Source of the DNA: Picochlorum sp. SENEW3 | Taxonomy: Eukaryota | NCBI GenBank assembly: GCA_034226945.1 | Contig: CP120455.1 | Location: 930,001 to 994,000 of the forward strand | Direction of reading: 5' to 3' | Length of the DNA stretch: 64,000 bases | In this document: positions 23,570 to 38,029 of the stretch, one piece after another | How positions within the stretch are numbered: the stretch's first letter is position 1 | Layout of the letters: every line of letters starts with the position of its first letter | Program-made: the position numbers and the translations under genes | The notes under the pieces: model-generated | What the model was told of the DNA's origin: nothing | What the model saw: the letters and a program-made list of their open reading frames with translations, nothing else | The model's database searches: none

Positions 23570-26003
23570 CTATTTGTGCGCTCTTCTTTTAATGAATTGG
23601 TTCACTCGATCTGTATCCAAATATGACACTAATTCTGCCATTTCGTGGACACTCGAGGGTCCAACAATGAGGACATTTGACATGGCAATGAGGTCATCAA
23701 ATGCTTTCTTTGCCCCAGATGCAGGAATGCATTCAGCATAAGCGTTCAAGTCTCTCTTCATTCGCAAAGCTCCTCCGGGTGTATAGTAAAATTTCAAGAG
23801 ATGTTTTTCGATCGTTTTTTCCATCTGCTCTGTCAATGCATGCACGAAGGATGAATAGTTGTTTCCTCTCAAGAACATTTTCACTGTCTGAGTTACCGTG
23901 TTGAAGATGGAACAAACTTTGAGGCATGTAGCTGTTGGACGTTCAATTTCCGATGTATTAGACCCTACTATCAAAAAGTCACTCTTGTACTGACAGGCAT
24001 ACAAAAGATCTGCAGTTTTCTCCATAAGGCGTTGCAGACAAGACTCAAGTATGATGGCAATGTGGTCCTCAATTCCTCTTTGTAACCCAAACAATGCCAA
24101 GCGGGGTTCCTTCCTATCAGTTGAGAAATATGATACTAAGTTTTTGTCATAATGCTCAACTAATGATCGATGGATCTCCGCCGCTGTGCTTGCCGACCGC
24201 GCAACAGCACCAAAAGAGGCATCAATGCTCACACCAATAGCCTTTTCATTGATGCTCACGTCCCTCCATATTCCATGGGCTTCCAATTGCTTCAAAGCCT
24301 TTTCCTCAACATGATGTAGATTTTCCATCACATATGTTCCAATATAATCCAAAAGGGCCGCACCACCGTTATCAGATTGTGATGTATTTTTAGAGAAGAA
24401 CAACTCCTCAACAAACTCTGCCATCCGGTTTTCAGGAATCACCTGTTTGCCTCGTTTCAAGCTCTCCTCGTTTATTGCTATCAAATTCAATACAACATCA
24501 TTACTGAGATCATCTTTTGGCGCCTGTATAGTTTTCAATCCAAGCAATTGGTGCCACTGTTTTTCTTGTCCAGGATACTCTGCAAGAATACTTCCCATGG
24601 CAGCCTCTGCCAGTTCCACCACAGATAAACCATTCTCTTCAGGATGTGGTATCAAATGGCACGCCTCATCCGCAAGATTGAAAATTTTACGATACGACAC
24701 ACATGTCAACCGGAGACTGTCCCGAAGTTTTGCCGTCGTATCCTCCTCCCCATACCCAGCCAGCTCAAATGCCCTACCTATTGTCTCAGACAGCGTCTCC
24801 TCAAAAATTCGAGTCACGAACATTGAAATCGCCTTCTCTGAATCTTCAAACACTTGTTCCAATATCGAACATTCTTCATGAAGATTTTCTGACACATGCC
24901 GACATGCATATGTCACTCTCCGTGATGCCTCCACATGGCTCTGAGAGTCCAAACCATGAACTTTAAAATCAGAGCCCTGCTCTTTTGAAAAGTTCAAATC
25001 CAGCTTTTCAAACAAAGAATCGGATGATATAAAGATACTTCTGCGAGAAATGTACCGAGACATTAAGATGGCACTACCACTGGTACTGGAATGTGCCTTT
25101 TCCATAATCCTAGAGTAGTACGCCATGGCTGCAATATTCCTAGACTCTGCCGCACTATCAAAATGGCTGACAATCTTATTATCTAGCAAATTTAAGTACA
25201 ATACCAACTGTTCCCACGCAGCACCAATCGTGCCTGGCGTGTTGGAAGCATTCCTTCCCATCATGAATTGTTGGTCTCCCTCCCTGGAGGGTTGCGTATG
25301 AACCACAGATTCTATTGCAGACATCAACAAACACACTACATTTGCGCACTTTTCAATATTTTCATCATCATGAAATGACGATGGAAGGTTTGACACATCA
25401 GTGCAATGCGAAAAGATTGTCAAATGATCCAAAATATCAGCCATCTCCATGGCCCGTTCCTTCTGATTCTGAATATCAACAAAAGGAGTCCCCACATTTC
25501 GACCAAAACTTACAAGCTCATCTGATCTCTTTTCTAATCTATCAAGAGACTCTTCTAATCGCTGCAGCTGCTTTTCCGTCTGGGAGATACGGGACGCATA
25601 CCCAGCATGATCTGTTGACAACTGCACCCTCAAATGTTCACACTCTTGTTCCACATCCTCCTCCAATTCATCCAGTCGCGCATCCAAACTGCATTCACAC
25701 TCATACGATAAGCGAAAGAACTTTCGTATCAACATCCATACAATTGTGCTAGGAACAAGCAACGTACGCAGAACATGCACTGAACAGAGTCTCTGCAGTC
25801 TTCTCAACAGAAGAACCATCCTTGCCAGTCTTGTGCACATCTTCAGAAAAGCCCCCACTCTCTAAGAGCTTCTCAATCACATCAGATGGTTTAAATGTGT
25901 CCGATGTAAAGTCCTGAATATCCAGAACATCCCGAGTAAACCGTAGTTTACTCAACCTTCTCGACAGGGTAACTGCTTCTTGCTCTTGTTGATTGCCCTC
26001 CAT
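23570..26003 (-). CDS. SEC10: Exocyst complex component SEC10; one intron near the 5' end
   Basis: Helical ~800 aa protein; QYKSDF..PTATC and GALRMKRDLNAY C-terminal motifs. Confidence 0.8.
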
Positions 26004-26227
26004 ACTCGCAATCGCTACAATCTAAATAAATATCCATCCATCTATGTATCAGTGTTTTTTTTAATTGAAATATACAAAGGCAGCATGGAACATTCGAACA
26101 TTGGAGCAAGAAAAATGTTTTATGTAAGGAAAGCCTTGGCCAAGGAATCATGATACTGGTACATCAGGCAATCATATCGACACAGCAGCATCTACTTAAT
26201 GACTAAAATTACTATAAAAATAGCACC

Positions 26228-27969
26228 ATGTCGTCAGACAAGATTGATACGCAGTCACAAGATTGTTCAATGCCAGTGGCAGCTGAAGAGTCAGAAGGTT
26301 CTTCCTCTGGTGATTGGAATGATTGGGAAGAAGATGATCTAGAGAATGATGAGCATGTTTCATGTTTGTATAGCTCTGAGGAAGCGCCATCTGTGGAAGA
26401 GGCGTTACGAATTGATGCTGAGAAGCATGGGTTTGATTTCAAAAGCTACAGACACAAGGTATGTTGTGACTCTCCTGTGGTGATTTGAGCGATTTCAAAT
26501 CAGATTTATATGTGATTCTTACAGTTGGGATTGTCAATGTACGATACGCTGCGATTGATAAACTATATTCGTTCGAAGAGATCCATGCTTGAGGATCCTC
26601 GCGAGGTGCTTGAGCGAGTCAAGGCTGGTGGGCCATTTCCTTGGGATGATGACGCTTACCTCGTGCCTGTTATGGAAAATGATGCCATGTTATTTCATGA
26701 TTGGACGGATGAGGATGAGGAGGATGGTGCAGATGATGCAGAGGAGATTGCTGGGGCACTTGTGGAGGGGTTGGATTTGAATGATCCCGCCATCGTGGAA
26801 CTTCTTGCTAGTCGAACGAGGTCGAGTGATGTTGATGGAGGACATGATGGTGCTGGTAAAGCGAACGAATCTCATGTTGATGATTTGTACTTTGAATCAT
26901 ATGGGTATTTTGATATTCACCAGGAGATGCTTCAAGACAGTGTACGGACTGATTGTTATAGAAAAGCTCTGGAGGAGAATCCGAGCTTGATCAAGGGCGC
27001 TCGTGTTTTGGATGTTGGGTGTGGGACTGGGGTGTTGTCCATGTTTGCTGCTCGTGGGGGTGCTGCCGAGGTGGTTGGGGTGGATGCAAGTCCTGGGATT
27101 ACAGATATCGCACAGCAGCTTTGTGCTCGCAATGGATTGAATGATAAGATTTCGATAGTCAATTCAAAGGTTGAGGATGTGTCATCACTGCCAGTGACAG
27201 GGAATCAGGTTGATGTGCTTGTGTCAGAGTGGATGGGTGCGAATTTTGGTTTCTCCTGTTTGTTTGTCTTGTCAATGCTGATGGGGGTTTCTCGTATGTA
27301 GGGTATGCGTTATTGTTTGAGTCGATGCTCGACTCTGTGTTGACCGCTAGAGACAAGTTTTTAAAGGCTGGAGGAGCCATTTTACCTGATATTGCAAACT
27401 TGTATGTGGCATTAGGCTCTCGAGGATCTGAAGGACTTACATTCTGGGACAATGTTTATGGATTATGCATGACACCTGTGGCTGATCGGATACGATCCAA
27501 TATATCGACAAGAATTCGAGTTGTAGAATCAGAGACGCTGCTCTCTGATCCAGTCACACTCTATTCACTGGATTTGGCCACCATGAAGAGATCTGATCAG
27601 GACTTTAGTGCTACTTTTCAGCTGCAACCTCACTCCGCCGGCGAATGCTCATGTATAGTTCTCTGGTTTGATACTGAATTTTCAGGGCGTTTTTGTTTGG
27701 ATGCGCCGCAGGTGCTCTGTACAAGTCCGACAAAGACACCAACGCATTGGGCCCAAACAGTCTTGCCTCTCACCAACACAGTCTCAATAACGCCGTCAGG
27801 CAATGGTGCAGCAATTGGCTTACATGGACGGGTCAGTATGTCGCGGAGACAAGATTCTCATAGGACATTGGATATTTCGTTAGAATATACTCCAGTGTAT
27901 GCTGATGGGCACAAGGGAGCAACAACCTCACAGATGTACTCAATTGGTGTTCAGGACAAATCGTCATGA
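26228..27969 (+). CDS. PRMT3: Protein arginine N-methyltransferase 3-like; introns 26459-26524 and ~27237-27301
   Basis: HGFDF..LINYIR..WDDDAYL N-domain; YFESY..IHQEMLQD, VLDVGCGTG, VSEWMGY, THWAQT. Confidence 0.9.
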
Positions 27970-28005
27970 GCCTCTTCTTGAATAAATAAGAAACATGTTA
28001 TAATG

Positions 28006-29740
28006 TCAACGTTTTCTACTTCTGCGAGATCTATCATTATTCCTTCGATCACTCTTTCTGTCTCGATCGGATTCCCTTGGTTGTCTATCCCGACGTGTTG
28101 ACGCAGGCTTGCTTTCTTTCCTCTCGTCTGCATGTCCACGGCGAGATCGCTTCGACTCTTCCTCCTTTTTCTGAAATTCTTGAGCGTCAGCCTCATCCTC
28201 GCTTGCCCCATAATCAATCTCTGGTTCCTCCTCCTGGCCAGCAGGAGCCATTCCTTCCCTTGCAGGTGCTGATGGTACCCATCTAATTGGCGAATGTTTC
28301 TTGTCAACGTCAGTCATTTTTTCGTCACTGCATGATGGAATATATAACTCAGTATAATTCAACAGTGTTCATGAATAACTTGGAGGATCTTTCATGCATT
28401 CCTTGTTCTATTATAATTGGTACATGAAATTCATTCAATTCAGACAATGCTAACCTTTTCGTTTGTTGTTGCTCATCAGAAACCTTCCTGGTATCAATCG
28501 TGGAATCTTCAGGCTTTACAGAGACATCCATATCCTCACGAGTCCTCTTGCGCGGAGATCTCTTTCCTCCATCTCGTGGCGAATGTGACCTCCTTCTTTC
28601 TCGTCTTCGGCTCGAAGAATCTCTATGAGACCGTCTTCTACTGGAGGAGCGACTTCTCCGTCTACTGGGAGACCGTTCCCGACGCTCCCTCCTATGCCGA
28701 CTTGGAGAGCGACTCGCGCCATCTCTGTCTTTCCTATAGTGCCGCTGTTCTCTCTCAAACTCTCTTCTCGACAATGGGCTATCTCTATCATACGCCTTCA
28801 ACAAAAAGTTTTTCGGGCCCTTTGGCAACTCTGGATTCTTCAACAAGTCAAAAAATGCATCATCCTTCTTCTGCACACTGTCAGTTGTCCCATTCAAATC
28901 AAGCTTCAAACTCATCCCCGCCAACTTTGGCGGCTCTGCCATGGCAGATATCGAAAATGGCAATCCAGCAAAAGCAACAGGGGCAGAAGCAGGCTTTTCT
29001 CCTGCATCCTCCTCCACCTGCTGCTGCTCTGGCCCCTCCAGAGCCAACGTCTCCTCACCAGCAACTGTAGGGTAATGATGCATTGCACCAATCCCCAGCA
29101 CTTCTTTCGCAAAAGCTTCCTCATTCGCAACCAACGTCCCCGTATTCCCATCAGGAAGCACCAACCCTCCTTCCATAGACCTTGCCAACCGAGTCATAGG
29201 AATCCCCACTGGAGGTCTCACCCTCTTCCTATCATATGTAGGGTCCCCATGCGTAGGACAATCCTGTATCCAATGCGCTCCATACGCCTCACATCGTGGA
29301 CACCGATACTCTGCTGGAACAGTCCCTTTCCCTCTCCCCCTCCCCCGAGCTACCCCCTGCCGAACCTCCTTCTGCCACGTCGACGCCGTCCCTTGCATCA
29401 AATTCTGAAGCGCCTGAGACTCGTCTTCCCCCATAGTCCCACCCTGTTCCTCCTGCTTCTTGTCCACCACACCAGCAGCAGCAGAACCGAGAGGAGCAAA
29501 CGTGGCCGCTGGCGTCCGTTTCACTTCCACCAGTGTATTCCTCGGAACAACCTTGCCATCATCATCATACTCTGTTCCTGTATTAGGATCATATAATGTA
29601 ATTTCTTGGTATCCATCTGGACCCAAACCTTGCTTCTCAGCCACCAGTCGTTTCACATCTCCAATTTGGATGACAGAACCGTCAAATGTCACACTCTGCT
29701 GTTCAATAGCATTCTTGAGTTTAAAATATAGTAAACTCAT
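28006..29740 (-). CDS. DWNN + zinc-knuckle + RS protein (RBBP6/Mpe1-like); intron 28328-28454
   Basis: N-terminal DWNN domain, CPRCEAYGAHWIQDCPT, PPVGIP, RS-rich tail. Confidence 0.85.
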
Positions 29741-30122
29741 CCCATGCAACGCAACAGTTCTATTCTATACTTTAAATACCCAGAAACAGTCTCACACGTG
29801 ATTGATACTCCATGAAACAGTCAGTCAAAAAGTCACCGAGCCTGTGCAAATATGCTATCAGAAAATGCTTGAAAAGTATCTATGCCTATATATATCTATT
29901 ATTAAGGAATGCTTGTATATGAAACAGACCCATGTAATTTTTTTTTGTCTTCAGAAGAGCACATTCGACGCATGTGTTTGCTTTTGCTACATCTACCCAT
30001 CAAATATAGTCTTTGACCGAGAGAGAGAGAGAGAGATCTCCATCAAAAAAAAAGGAAAAGAAGATCTGTGATCGCCACAGTCAAAAAATTCTGATGATGC
30101 GAATCATCAACAACAGCAGACG

Positions 30123-31329
30123 ATGACTCGATATTTTACTACCAATAATAATTTAACTGTTATTGTAGTAACAAAAACAACCATGTCGACAGGTTGGAGA
30201 ACGACAGGAATGTCTGGGGTGCAGCATCAAAGGGTTTGTTCCACCACAACTACAATCTCTTCTTCTTTTTCAGGACGAAGGAACCTCGTGGTTGGCAACA
30301 GGAGGAATACACGTATTTGTCAGGATGATGAGAGCGTGCCCTTTTCCATGTCGACAAGTTGGAGAAGACGACAGGATTGGTCTGGGTGTGTTGCAGCAAG
30401 TACAGGACGGGAGGTCCCCAGGTTTATTCAGCACAAGAATGAGGCCAAGGCATTTTATGCCTTTTTGAGTCAGGTGTATGACTACATTGTCAATCCAGGT
30501 AGGTATAGAATAATAATGCGATTATCATCTATGCTTGAGGAGGAGAATGGACATCATGGCCACATATGCAGGACATTGGACTGTTGATATGCGTGATGAG
30601 GCACTCGTGCCAGCTGTTCTGAATGATCCAAACCTACATGTCGTGGACGTTGGTGGGGGTACCGGATTCTGTACGCAAGGCGTGATCAAGCATGTGAAGC
30701 CTGAGCATGTGACGCTGTTGGATCAGAGTCCTCATCAGTTGGCCAAAGCCCGCAAGAAAAAGGATTTGGAAGGAGTAACCATTATCGAGGGCGATGCTGA
30801 GGATCTGCCCTTTGAAGACGATACGTTTGATAGATATGTATCAGCTGGGAGTATTGAGTATTGGCCCGATCCTCAGAGGGGAATCTGTGAGGCTTACAGA
30901 GTGATCAAGCCAGGGGGGCGGGCATGTTTGATTGGCCCTGTCCACCCAACGTTTTGGTTGAGCAGATGGATGGCAGATGTGTGGATGCTCTTCCCAACTG
31001 AAGAGGAATATATGACCTGGTTTACAGCTGCGGGATTCGAGGATGTCAAGATTGACAGGATTGGTCCGAAATGGTATAGAGGGGTGAGGAGGCATGGGCT
31101 CATCATGGGATGCAGTGTGTCTGGTGTGAAGAAATCACCAGGGCCTTCTCCATTGAAGCTGAGTGATCCAGAAGAGGTATCTACAAGAATGAATTCGAAT
31201 ATCTTTACGTTTCTGGCACGATTGGTGTTGGGAACATTGGCTGGGTTTTACTATTTTGTCCTTCCCATCTACATGTGGGTGAAGAATCTCATCTGGCCTC
31301 GATCTGGTAAAATTGCTGAATGGTTCTAG
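30123..31329 (+). CDS. VTE3: MPBQ/MSBQ methyltransferase (plant type); intron 30499-30571
   Basis: PRFIQHKNEA..IVNPGHWT, VVDVGGGTGF, IGPKWYRGVRRHGLIMGCSV. Confidence 0.96.
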
Positions 31330-31430
31330 GAACTTGATTTGATTTCTATTGTGATAATTGTAATACCAGGCATATTTATTTGTATTGTGTTTGGTAGAGG
31401 GCGTCAAGGCAGCGACTGCATTCTTCAGGC

Positions 31431-33396
31431 ATGCTCAAAAAGAAAAAGGTACTGCTTGCATGCATGCATGCATGCGTGATATGGTCACAATACATATATA
31501 ATTGATAAAATATGTGGTATATATGCGCAGGGAAAGGCGGGAAACGCCGTTCAGTATGTGACCAGGAACCAGGCCATTAAGAAACTTCAATTGAAGATAT
31601 CAGAGTTCCGAAGGCTCTGTATTTTGAAAGGAATTCATCCAAGAGAGCCAAAGAAAAAGGTACAAGGGGCGCACAAGACGTATTATCATGTCAAGGATAT
31701 TGCATTTCTGCTCCATGAGCCTCTGCTGGATAAAATTCGGGAGATTGCTGCTCATGAGAAGAAGATTAAGCGAGCATTGGCGAAGAAGAATCGTCCTTTA
31801 GCGGCGAAAATATCGTCACGGCGTCCAGAGTATCGGCTGGATCATTTGGTGAAGGAACGGTATCCTTCTCTGGTGGATGCCCTTCGGGACCTGGATGATC
31901 CTTTGGCAATGGTTCATTTGTTTGCGGTGCTTCCTGCTGATCAGACCAAAGGCATTCCTCCTGATAGAGTTCAATTGGCACGTCGATTAGCATTGGAATG
32001 GCAGGCGTATATTGTGGCGTCGCATTCGCTGAGGAAATCATTTGTGTCGGTCAAGGGATTTTACTATCAGGCAGAGATCAAGGGGCAGGAAATCACATGG
32101 ATGGTTCCACATCAGGTATCACAGGTGTTGCCTGCAGATGTTGATTTCAAAGTCATGCTCACATTTTTGGAATTTTATCAGTCAACGCTTCAGTTTGTGA
32201 TGTTTAGCTTGTATAATGAGATGGGTATCCAATACCCTCCCAATGTGGATGATGCTGTGGATTCTGCTGGGATTTTATATATTGGAAACACATCAAAGAT
32301 GATTGAAGAAGTAAAATCTGATAGAGATACACATGCCAAAGTGAAGGAGATGTCTGAGAAGATTTCACGTTTGGAGGAGGATGTTAAGGAATTGGATAAT
32401 CCTTCAGTAGTAGCAGAGGAAGAATCAGATGACGAGGAGGAGCAAGAAGATGATGTCGTTATTCTTGCAGATGATGATGATGATGATCTTCCAGAGATTG
32501 ATGACGATGATGATGACAGTGATAGCGATGCAAGCGATCCAGATGATGAGGATATTCCAGTACACAAGGCAGTCTCTGATGATGAGGAGAACGACAATGA
32601 GAATGGACCAGTGCCAGCACCAGACGGTGCTGACGTAGCACTTGTAGGCGGCGCCGTTGATGTGGCGGATGAGGATGGTATCTGCTCAACATTATTCAAA
32701 GGATTGAAATTCTTCCTGGGACGAGAAGTCCCCAGAGAGCAGTTGTCTCTCGTCATCCAATCCTTTGGAGGGGTTGTTGGCTGGGATGGAGAGGGGTCTC
32801 CATACGATGAAATGGACAAAAGAATCACGCATCATATCATCGATAGACCAAAGCCACTGATTAAGCATGAAAATAGAATTTTCGTCCAACCTCAATGGGT
32901 CTTTGACTCTGCCAATGCCCGTGTACTGGTCAACACGGCCAAGTATTCTCCAGGCATTGTCCCACCCCCACATCTCTCACCATTCATTCAAGCAGAGGAG
33001 GACGATCACATCCCAGAGTATGCCAAAGAAATCCAAGAATTAAAGGATGCAGCACAGAGATTCAGATTGAAAGCAGCAGGAGAAGCTGTGGATGAGGAAT
33101 TCCGTGGAACAGCCCAGCCTGATGCCAAGGCAGAAGAAGCCACGCTTGCTGATCTGGAGCAGCAGCGCGAAGAAGAACTCGCCAAGGAAATTAAAGAGGC
33201 TACAGGTAAAGATGTAAAGACGACATCTGGGAAGAAGAGACGACAGCCTGTAGAAGAAAAGGATGATGAGGAAGCAATGAAAGACATTATGATGACGAGA
33301 AAGGTCAAAAAGGCATACCAGAGGGCCATGAAGGAGAAGGCCGCCAAGAGAGCCAAGACTGCAAGGCTGGCAAAGAAAGCTGCCGCAATCAAATAG
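31431..33396 (+). CDS. PES: Pescadillo/Nop7; intron 31449-31530
   Basis: FRRLCILKGIHPREPKK, KERYP, BRCT domain with VQPQWVFDS and PPHLSPF. Confidence 0.95.
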
Positions 33397-33665
33397 AATT
33401 CATACCACTATGTTCGATTATCATTCATCTCATTACATGTGTATGAAAAAGAGAATACTCGTTGCAAGGCGCGGCCAATGGTCATGGTGGCGCCTTATTC
33501 CGTAGCCACAGGATTTCCTGTGGAATGTCGGAGCCTGCATGCAGCAGCACCGAGATTTCCAAAGGACGCCATACATTCTCATGAAAATGACCATGAGGCA
33601 TCTCTGATCAATAATTTATATAAAATAATTGGGACATTTATAAATACGCCCATATCCTGGACATC

Positions 33666-35014
33666 ATGGCCGCCAACAACCAACAAGTCAGTGATATTTA
33701 CCAGGCAAGCAGCAAGCTTGCAAAGTACCCATTTGAGCCATACTGGCCAGATAAAAAGCTGAAAATATGTATTACTGGTGCTGGAGGCTTCATCGCAAGG
33801 TACGAGACGTGTATCGCAAGGGCATGTGGGTGGCATTCTGACGCATCGCTTGGTTGATTGCAGTCACTTGGCCAAGCGTTTGAAAAGCGAAGGGCATTAT
33901 ATTGTTGCATGTGATTGGAAGCGTAATGAGCACATGCCGGTACGTGCATTGACGAATGTGTGGCAGCATTGTGTGTCGAGTGTCGACTCCAAGTGCCTGT
34001 GCGCTCCAACGTTTGGAGCCATCATCATTCATGATACATTGTTCAATGCAGGAGGATATCTTCTGTGATGAGTTCATGCTCGTTGATTTGAGACTCTTTG
34101 AGAACTGTGCCAAGGTTGTTGAAGGCTGCGAGCATGTGTTCAACCTGGCTGCTGATATGGGTGGTATGGGATTCATCCAGAGCAACCACTCAGTCATCAT
34201 GTACAATAATACGATGATTAGTTTCAATATGTTAGAAGCTGCTCGTCAGGCTGGAACGAAGCGTTTCTTCTATGCATCCTCTGCATGCATCTACCCAGAA
34301 GGAAAACAGCTTGATACTGAAATAGAGGGAGGAGGTTTGAAGGAAGAGTGCGCCTGGCCTGCTCAGCCACAGGATGCATATGGTCTGGAGAAGCTCGCTT
34401 CAGAAGAGATTGCCATCCATTATAATAAAGATTTCGATATCGAATGCAGAATTGCTCGCTTCCATAACATTTATGGTCCATATGGAACATGGAAGGGTGG
34501 AAGAGAAAAGGCACCAGCTGCTTTCTGCAGAAAGGTCATCACAGCCAAGGATGAGGTGGAAATGTGGGGTGATGGTAAGCAGACCCGATCTTTCACCTTT
34601 ATCGATGACTGCGTTGAGGGTATTTTGAGAATCACCAAGAGCGATTACAGGATGCCTTTGAACTTGGGATCTGATGAGATGGTGTCCATGAATGGTATGA
34701 TGAGCACAATAATGACATTTGATGGTCAGAATAAGTCTATCAAGCATATCCCTGGCCCAGAAGGAGTCCGTGGACGTAACTCTGACAACCAGCTCATTTT
34801 TGAAAAATTGGGCTGGGCCCCATCGATCAAGTTGGAGGATGGTCTGAGAGTAACCTACTCGTGGATCAAGGGTCAGGTTGAGAAGGAAGCCAAGGAGGAA
34901 GGCAAGGACGTGTCCGAGTACGCATCATCCATGATTGTGCAGACAAGTGCACCAAAGGCACTCGGAACCCTTCGTGCAGCTGATGGAGAGGAGGGACTCC
35001 AGCATAAAGCGTGA
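33666..35014 (+). CDS. GME: GDP-mannose 3,5-epimerase (ascorbate pathway); 2 introns
   Basis: ITGAGGFIASH, NLAADMGGMGFIQSNH, GGREKAPAAFCRK, GPEGVRGRNSDN. Confidence 0.97.
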
Positions 35015-35103
35015 TGATGCATCCTTTTTAAGGCGTGAGATGCACTCGATGTATCTTTGTACCCACCATTTTTTCTTACATTCTTAAACAAAAGACCTCG
35101 TCT

Positions 35104-35875
<772 letters not shown>

Positions 35876-36044
35876 GCCTGCTATGCGAACAGTTTCGAAT
35901 CCCTCTTCTTGATTTTTCTATTCTTCTCCACTCCTCTGGCCACGTCTCTTGTATATTATGAATGGGATATTTAATACAACCTATGAAAATAAATATGAAT
36001 TTGAGGAATTCCACTCTGGGAGATTTGCCATGGATGGTTCAATT

Positions 36045-37883
36045 TCAAGTCCAGCATTCTACCTGATATGCCTTCCTGGCTTGCATTGATTTCAGATATC
36101 TCGCTGCTTCGTTTGGTTCCAATCCTCCTTGGGTGCGTATGATTTCGATGAACGCTTTTTCTACTTGGGATGGCATTGTACCAGCTCTACCTGCCACGTA
36201 CACGCTCGCTCCCTGGCACAGGAGCTTCCAAATCCTGTCTGCATGAGTCCTGAGGACGTGTTGTACATAGACTTTTGATGGTTCTTCTCGAGACGGAGCG
36301 ACAATGACATCAGACATGACGGTGTTCTGTAAAGATTCCCACTCATCTTTGAAATAGTAATCTTTCGATCTGTCCCGGCAGCCGAACACGAGTAGGGAAG
36401 GACAACATGGCAGGCCTCTCTCCTGCACATGGTGGTAGTGCCTCTCTTGAAGGAAACTACGAAATGGTGCCACCCCCGTCCCGGGTCCAACGAGAATCAT
36501 CGGTGTTTCAGTTGATGATGGGGGTTTGAAATCACTCTGCTGAATCTGGATGACTACTTCATTCTGCTCTGTGAGGGATGAGATCATACGACTGCAGAGG
36601 CCGCGCCGGAGGTGCCGTCCAGGTGTCTTCCATTCGACTAACGCGACCAATAAATCAACAAAAGAAGGATGTTCTTTAGATGAAGATGCTGCAGAATAAT
36701 ATCTGGGTCGAAGCTTGGGTCCAAAAGACAGGATCCAATCCAATGTGATTGGAATGGTGGGAAAGTCTTGCAAGACTTCAACAAGGTTTCTTCCTTCCTG
36801 GACAATGTATTCGTGAAACGCTTCCCGCCCTTGTGCTGCAGAGAGATATGCCAACCTTTCTTTGATGCTCTTTTCTTCTGGCTGGCATAGTTGTCCCAAG
36901 GCTTGGAGAAATGTGCGCCGCGGCGCTGCTCCTCGAATGTCAACAAAGCCTTGTACAATGTGTCCTGCCTTTGCAATGACAGGATCTCGGGACGCCGACA
37001 ATGTTGATGATGATGACGGCGGCATCACCGAGACGATATCATCATATTGTAGACGACACCGATCCAATACGTAGTCAATCGACGAACGACATTGTGTGGG
37101 CCACACCGCAATCGAATCCCCAGGCTCAAACAGACCTGGTTGTGGCATTTCAAGTCGGACCAGCCTCACATCCTGAAAATGATCCGGAGACGTCATTCTC
37201 GTATTCCTCAACACCTTTGTGGAGATGTATGTATCATCCGACTTAGAGTGACCATCCTCCATCCCTCTCAATGCGTCACCAACCAGAATTGATGCATGGT
37301 AGTCTGATCTGGGTTCCTTCTCATCCTCCCCTCTCACACCAACTCCCTCCTCGGCCACCCCAACCGAAAACGCTGGTGTCAATTCGCATGCTTTCATATC
37401 ACCACGTGAAACATCTAAAGAAGACCATAGGCGGTCCAACCACAAATCAAATGCAGCATCATATCCAAATGCATGCTGATCATCTCCCAGGCCCAATGGA
37501 ACCATGGGTGTTGCACCCAAGGTCTGCAACCTTTTATGCACTAATTTCGCACTATAATTATACTTGGGATATCCACTATCTCCAAGACCAAACACAGCAC
37601 AGGACACACCACGCAATGAGTCCGGACCAAGGGATTTCTTCCTCAGAAACTTCCAAAAGGAAGAAAAATTTCGTGGAAACTCGCCTTGCCCAGTCGTGCT
37701 CACAATAGCAATTAAAATATCCTCTGATGGCAACTTATCAATTAGTTTCATGTATGAATTCGCTGGAAGAACTCTTGTGTGGAATCCAAGCGAGTTTGCC
37801 TCCCGCCCAAGCCGTTCAGCTGCATCCTGGGCATTTCCTGTTTCACTCCCGTAGAGCACAACAATCGACCTCATACCCTTCAT
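36045..37883 (-). CDS. NDOR1: NADPH-dependent diflavin oxidoreductase 1 (Tah18/ATR3)
   Basis: YGSETGNAQD, STTGQG, GLGDSGY, HFQDVR, GPGTGVAPFR, terminal ECWT. Confidence 0.92.
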   Translation of the reverse strand: MKGMRSIVVLYGSETGNAQDAAERLGREANSLGFHTRVLPANSYMKLIDKLPSEDILIAIVSTTGQGEFPRNFSSFWKFLRKKSLGPDSLRGVSCAVFGLGDSGYPKYNYSAKLVHKRLQTLGATPMVPLGLGDDQHAFGYDAAFDLWLDRLWSSLDVSRGDMKACELTPAFSVGVAEEGVGVRGEDEKEPRSDYHASILVGDALRGMEDGHSKSDDTYISTKVLRNTRMTSPDHFQDVRLVRLEMPQPGLFEPGDSIAVWPTQCRSSIDYVLDRCRLQYDDIVSVMPPSSSSTLSASRDPVIAKAGHIVQGFVDIRGAAPRRTFLQALGQLCQPEEKSIKERLAYLSAAQGREAFHEYIVQEGRNLVEVLQDFPTIPITLDWILSFGPKLRPRYYSAASSSKEHPSFVDLLVALVEWKTPGRHLRRGLCSRMISSLTEQNEVVIQIQQSDFKPPSSTETPMILVGPGTGVAPFRSFLQERHYHHVQERGLPCCPSLLVFGCRDRSKDYYFKDEWESLQNTVMSDVIVAPSREEPSKVYVQHVLRTHADRIWKLLCQGASVYVAGRAGTMPSQVEKAFIEIIRTQGGLEPNEAARYLKSMQARKAYQVECWT

Positions 37884-38029
37884 ATACTATGTATATACCA
37901 AATAATCATGTATGGTATTACTATGGGATGGAAAATGATATGGTTAAGGAAAAATGTTTTGAAAAAATTTTGAACAACCTGAAACATACATATGGACACA
38001 ACATGTGGCACGTGGCTGGCTTTAGCCAC

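Noticed and set aside
28417..29596. Long + strand ORFs of 217 and 323 aa
   Set aside because: They are antisense shadows of the low-complexity RBBP6-like gene
31456..31475. (TGCA)n palindromic run in the pescadillo intron; also (GA)n near 30020 and (GCA)n near 40650
   Set aside because: Simple microsatellites
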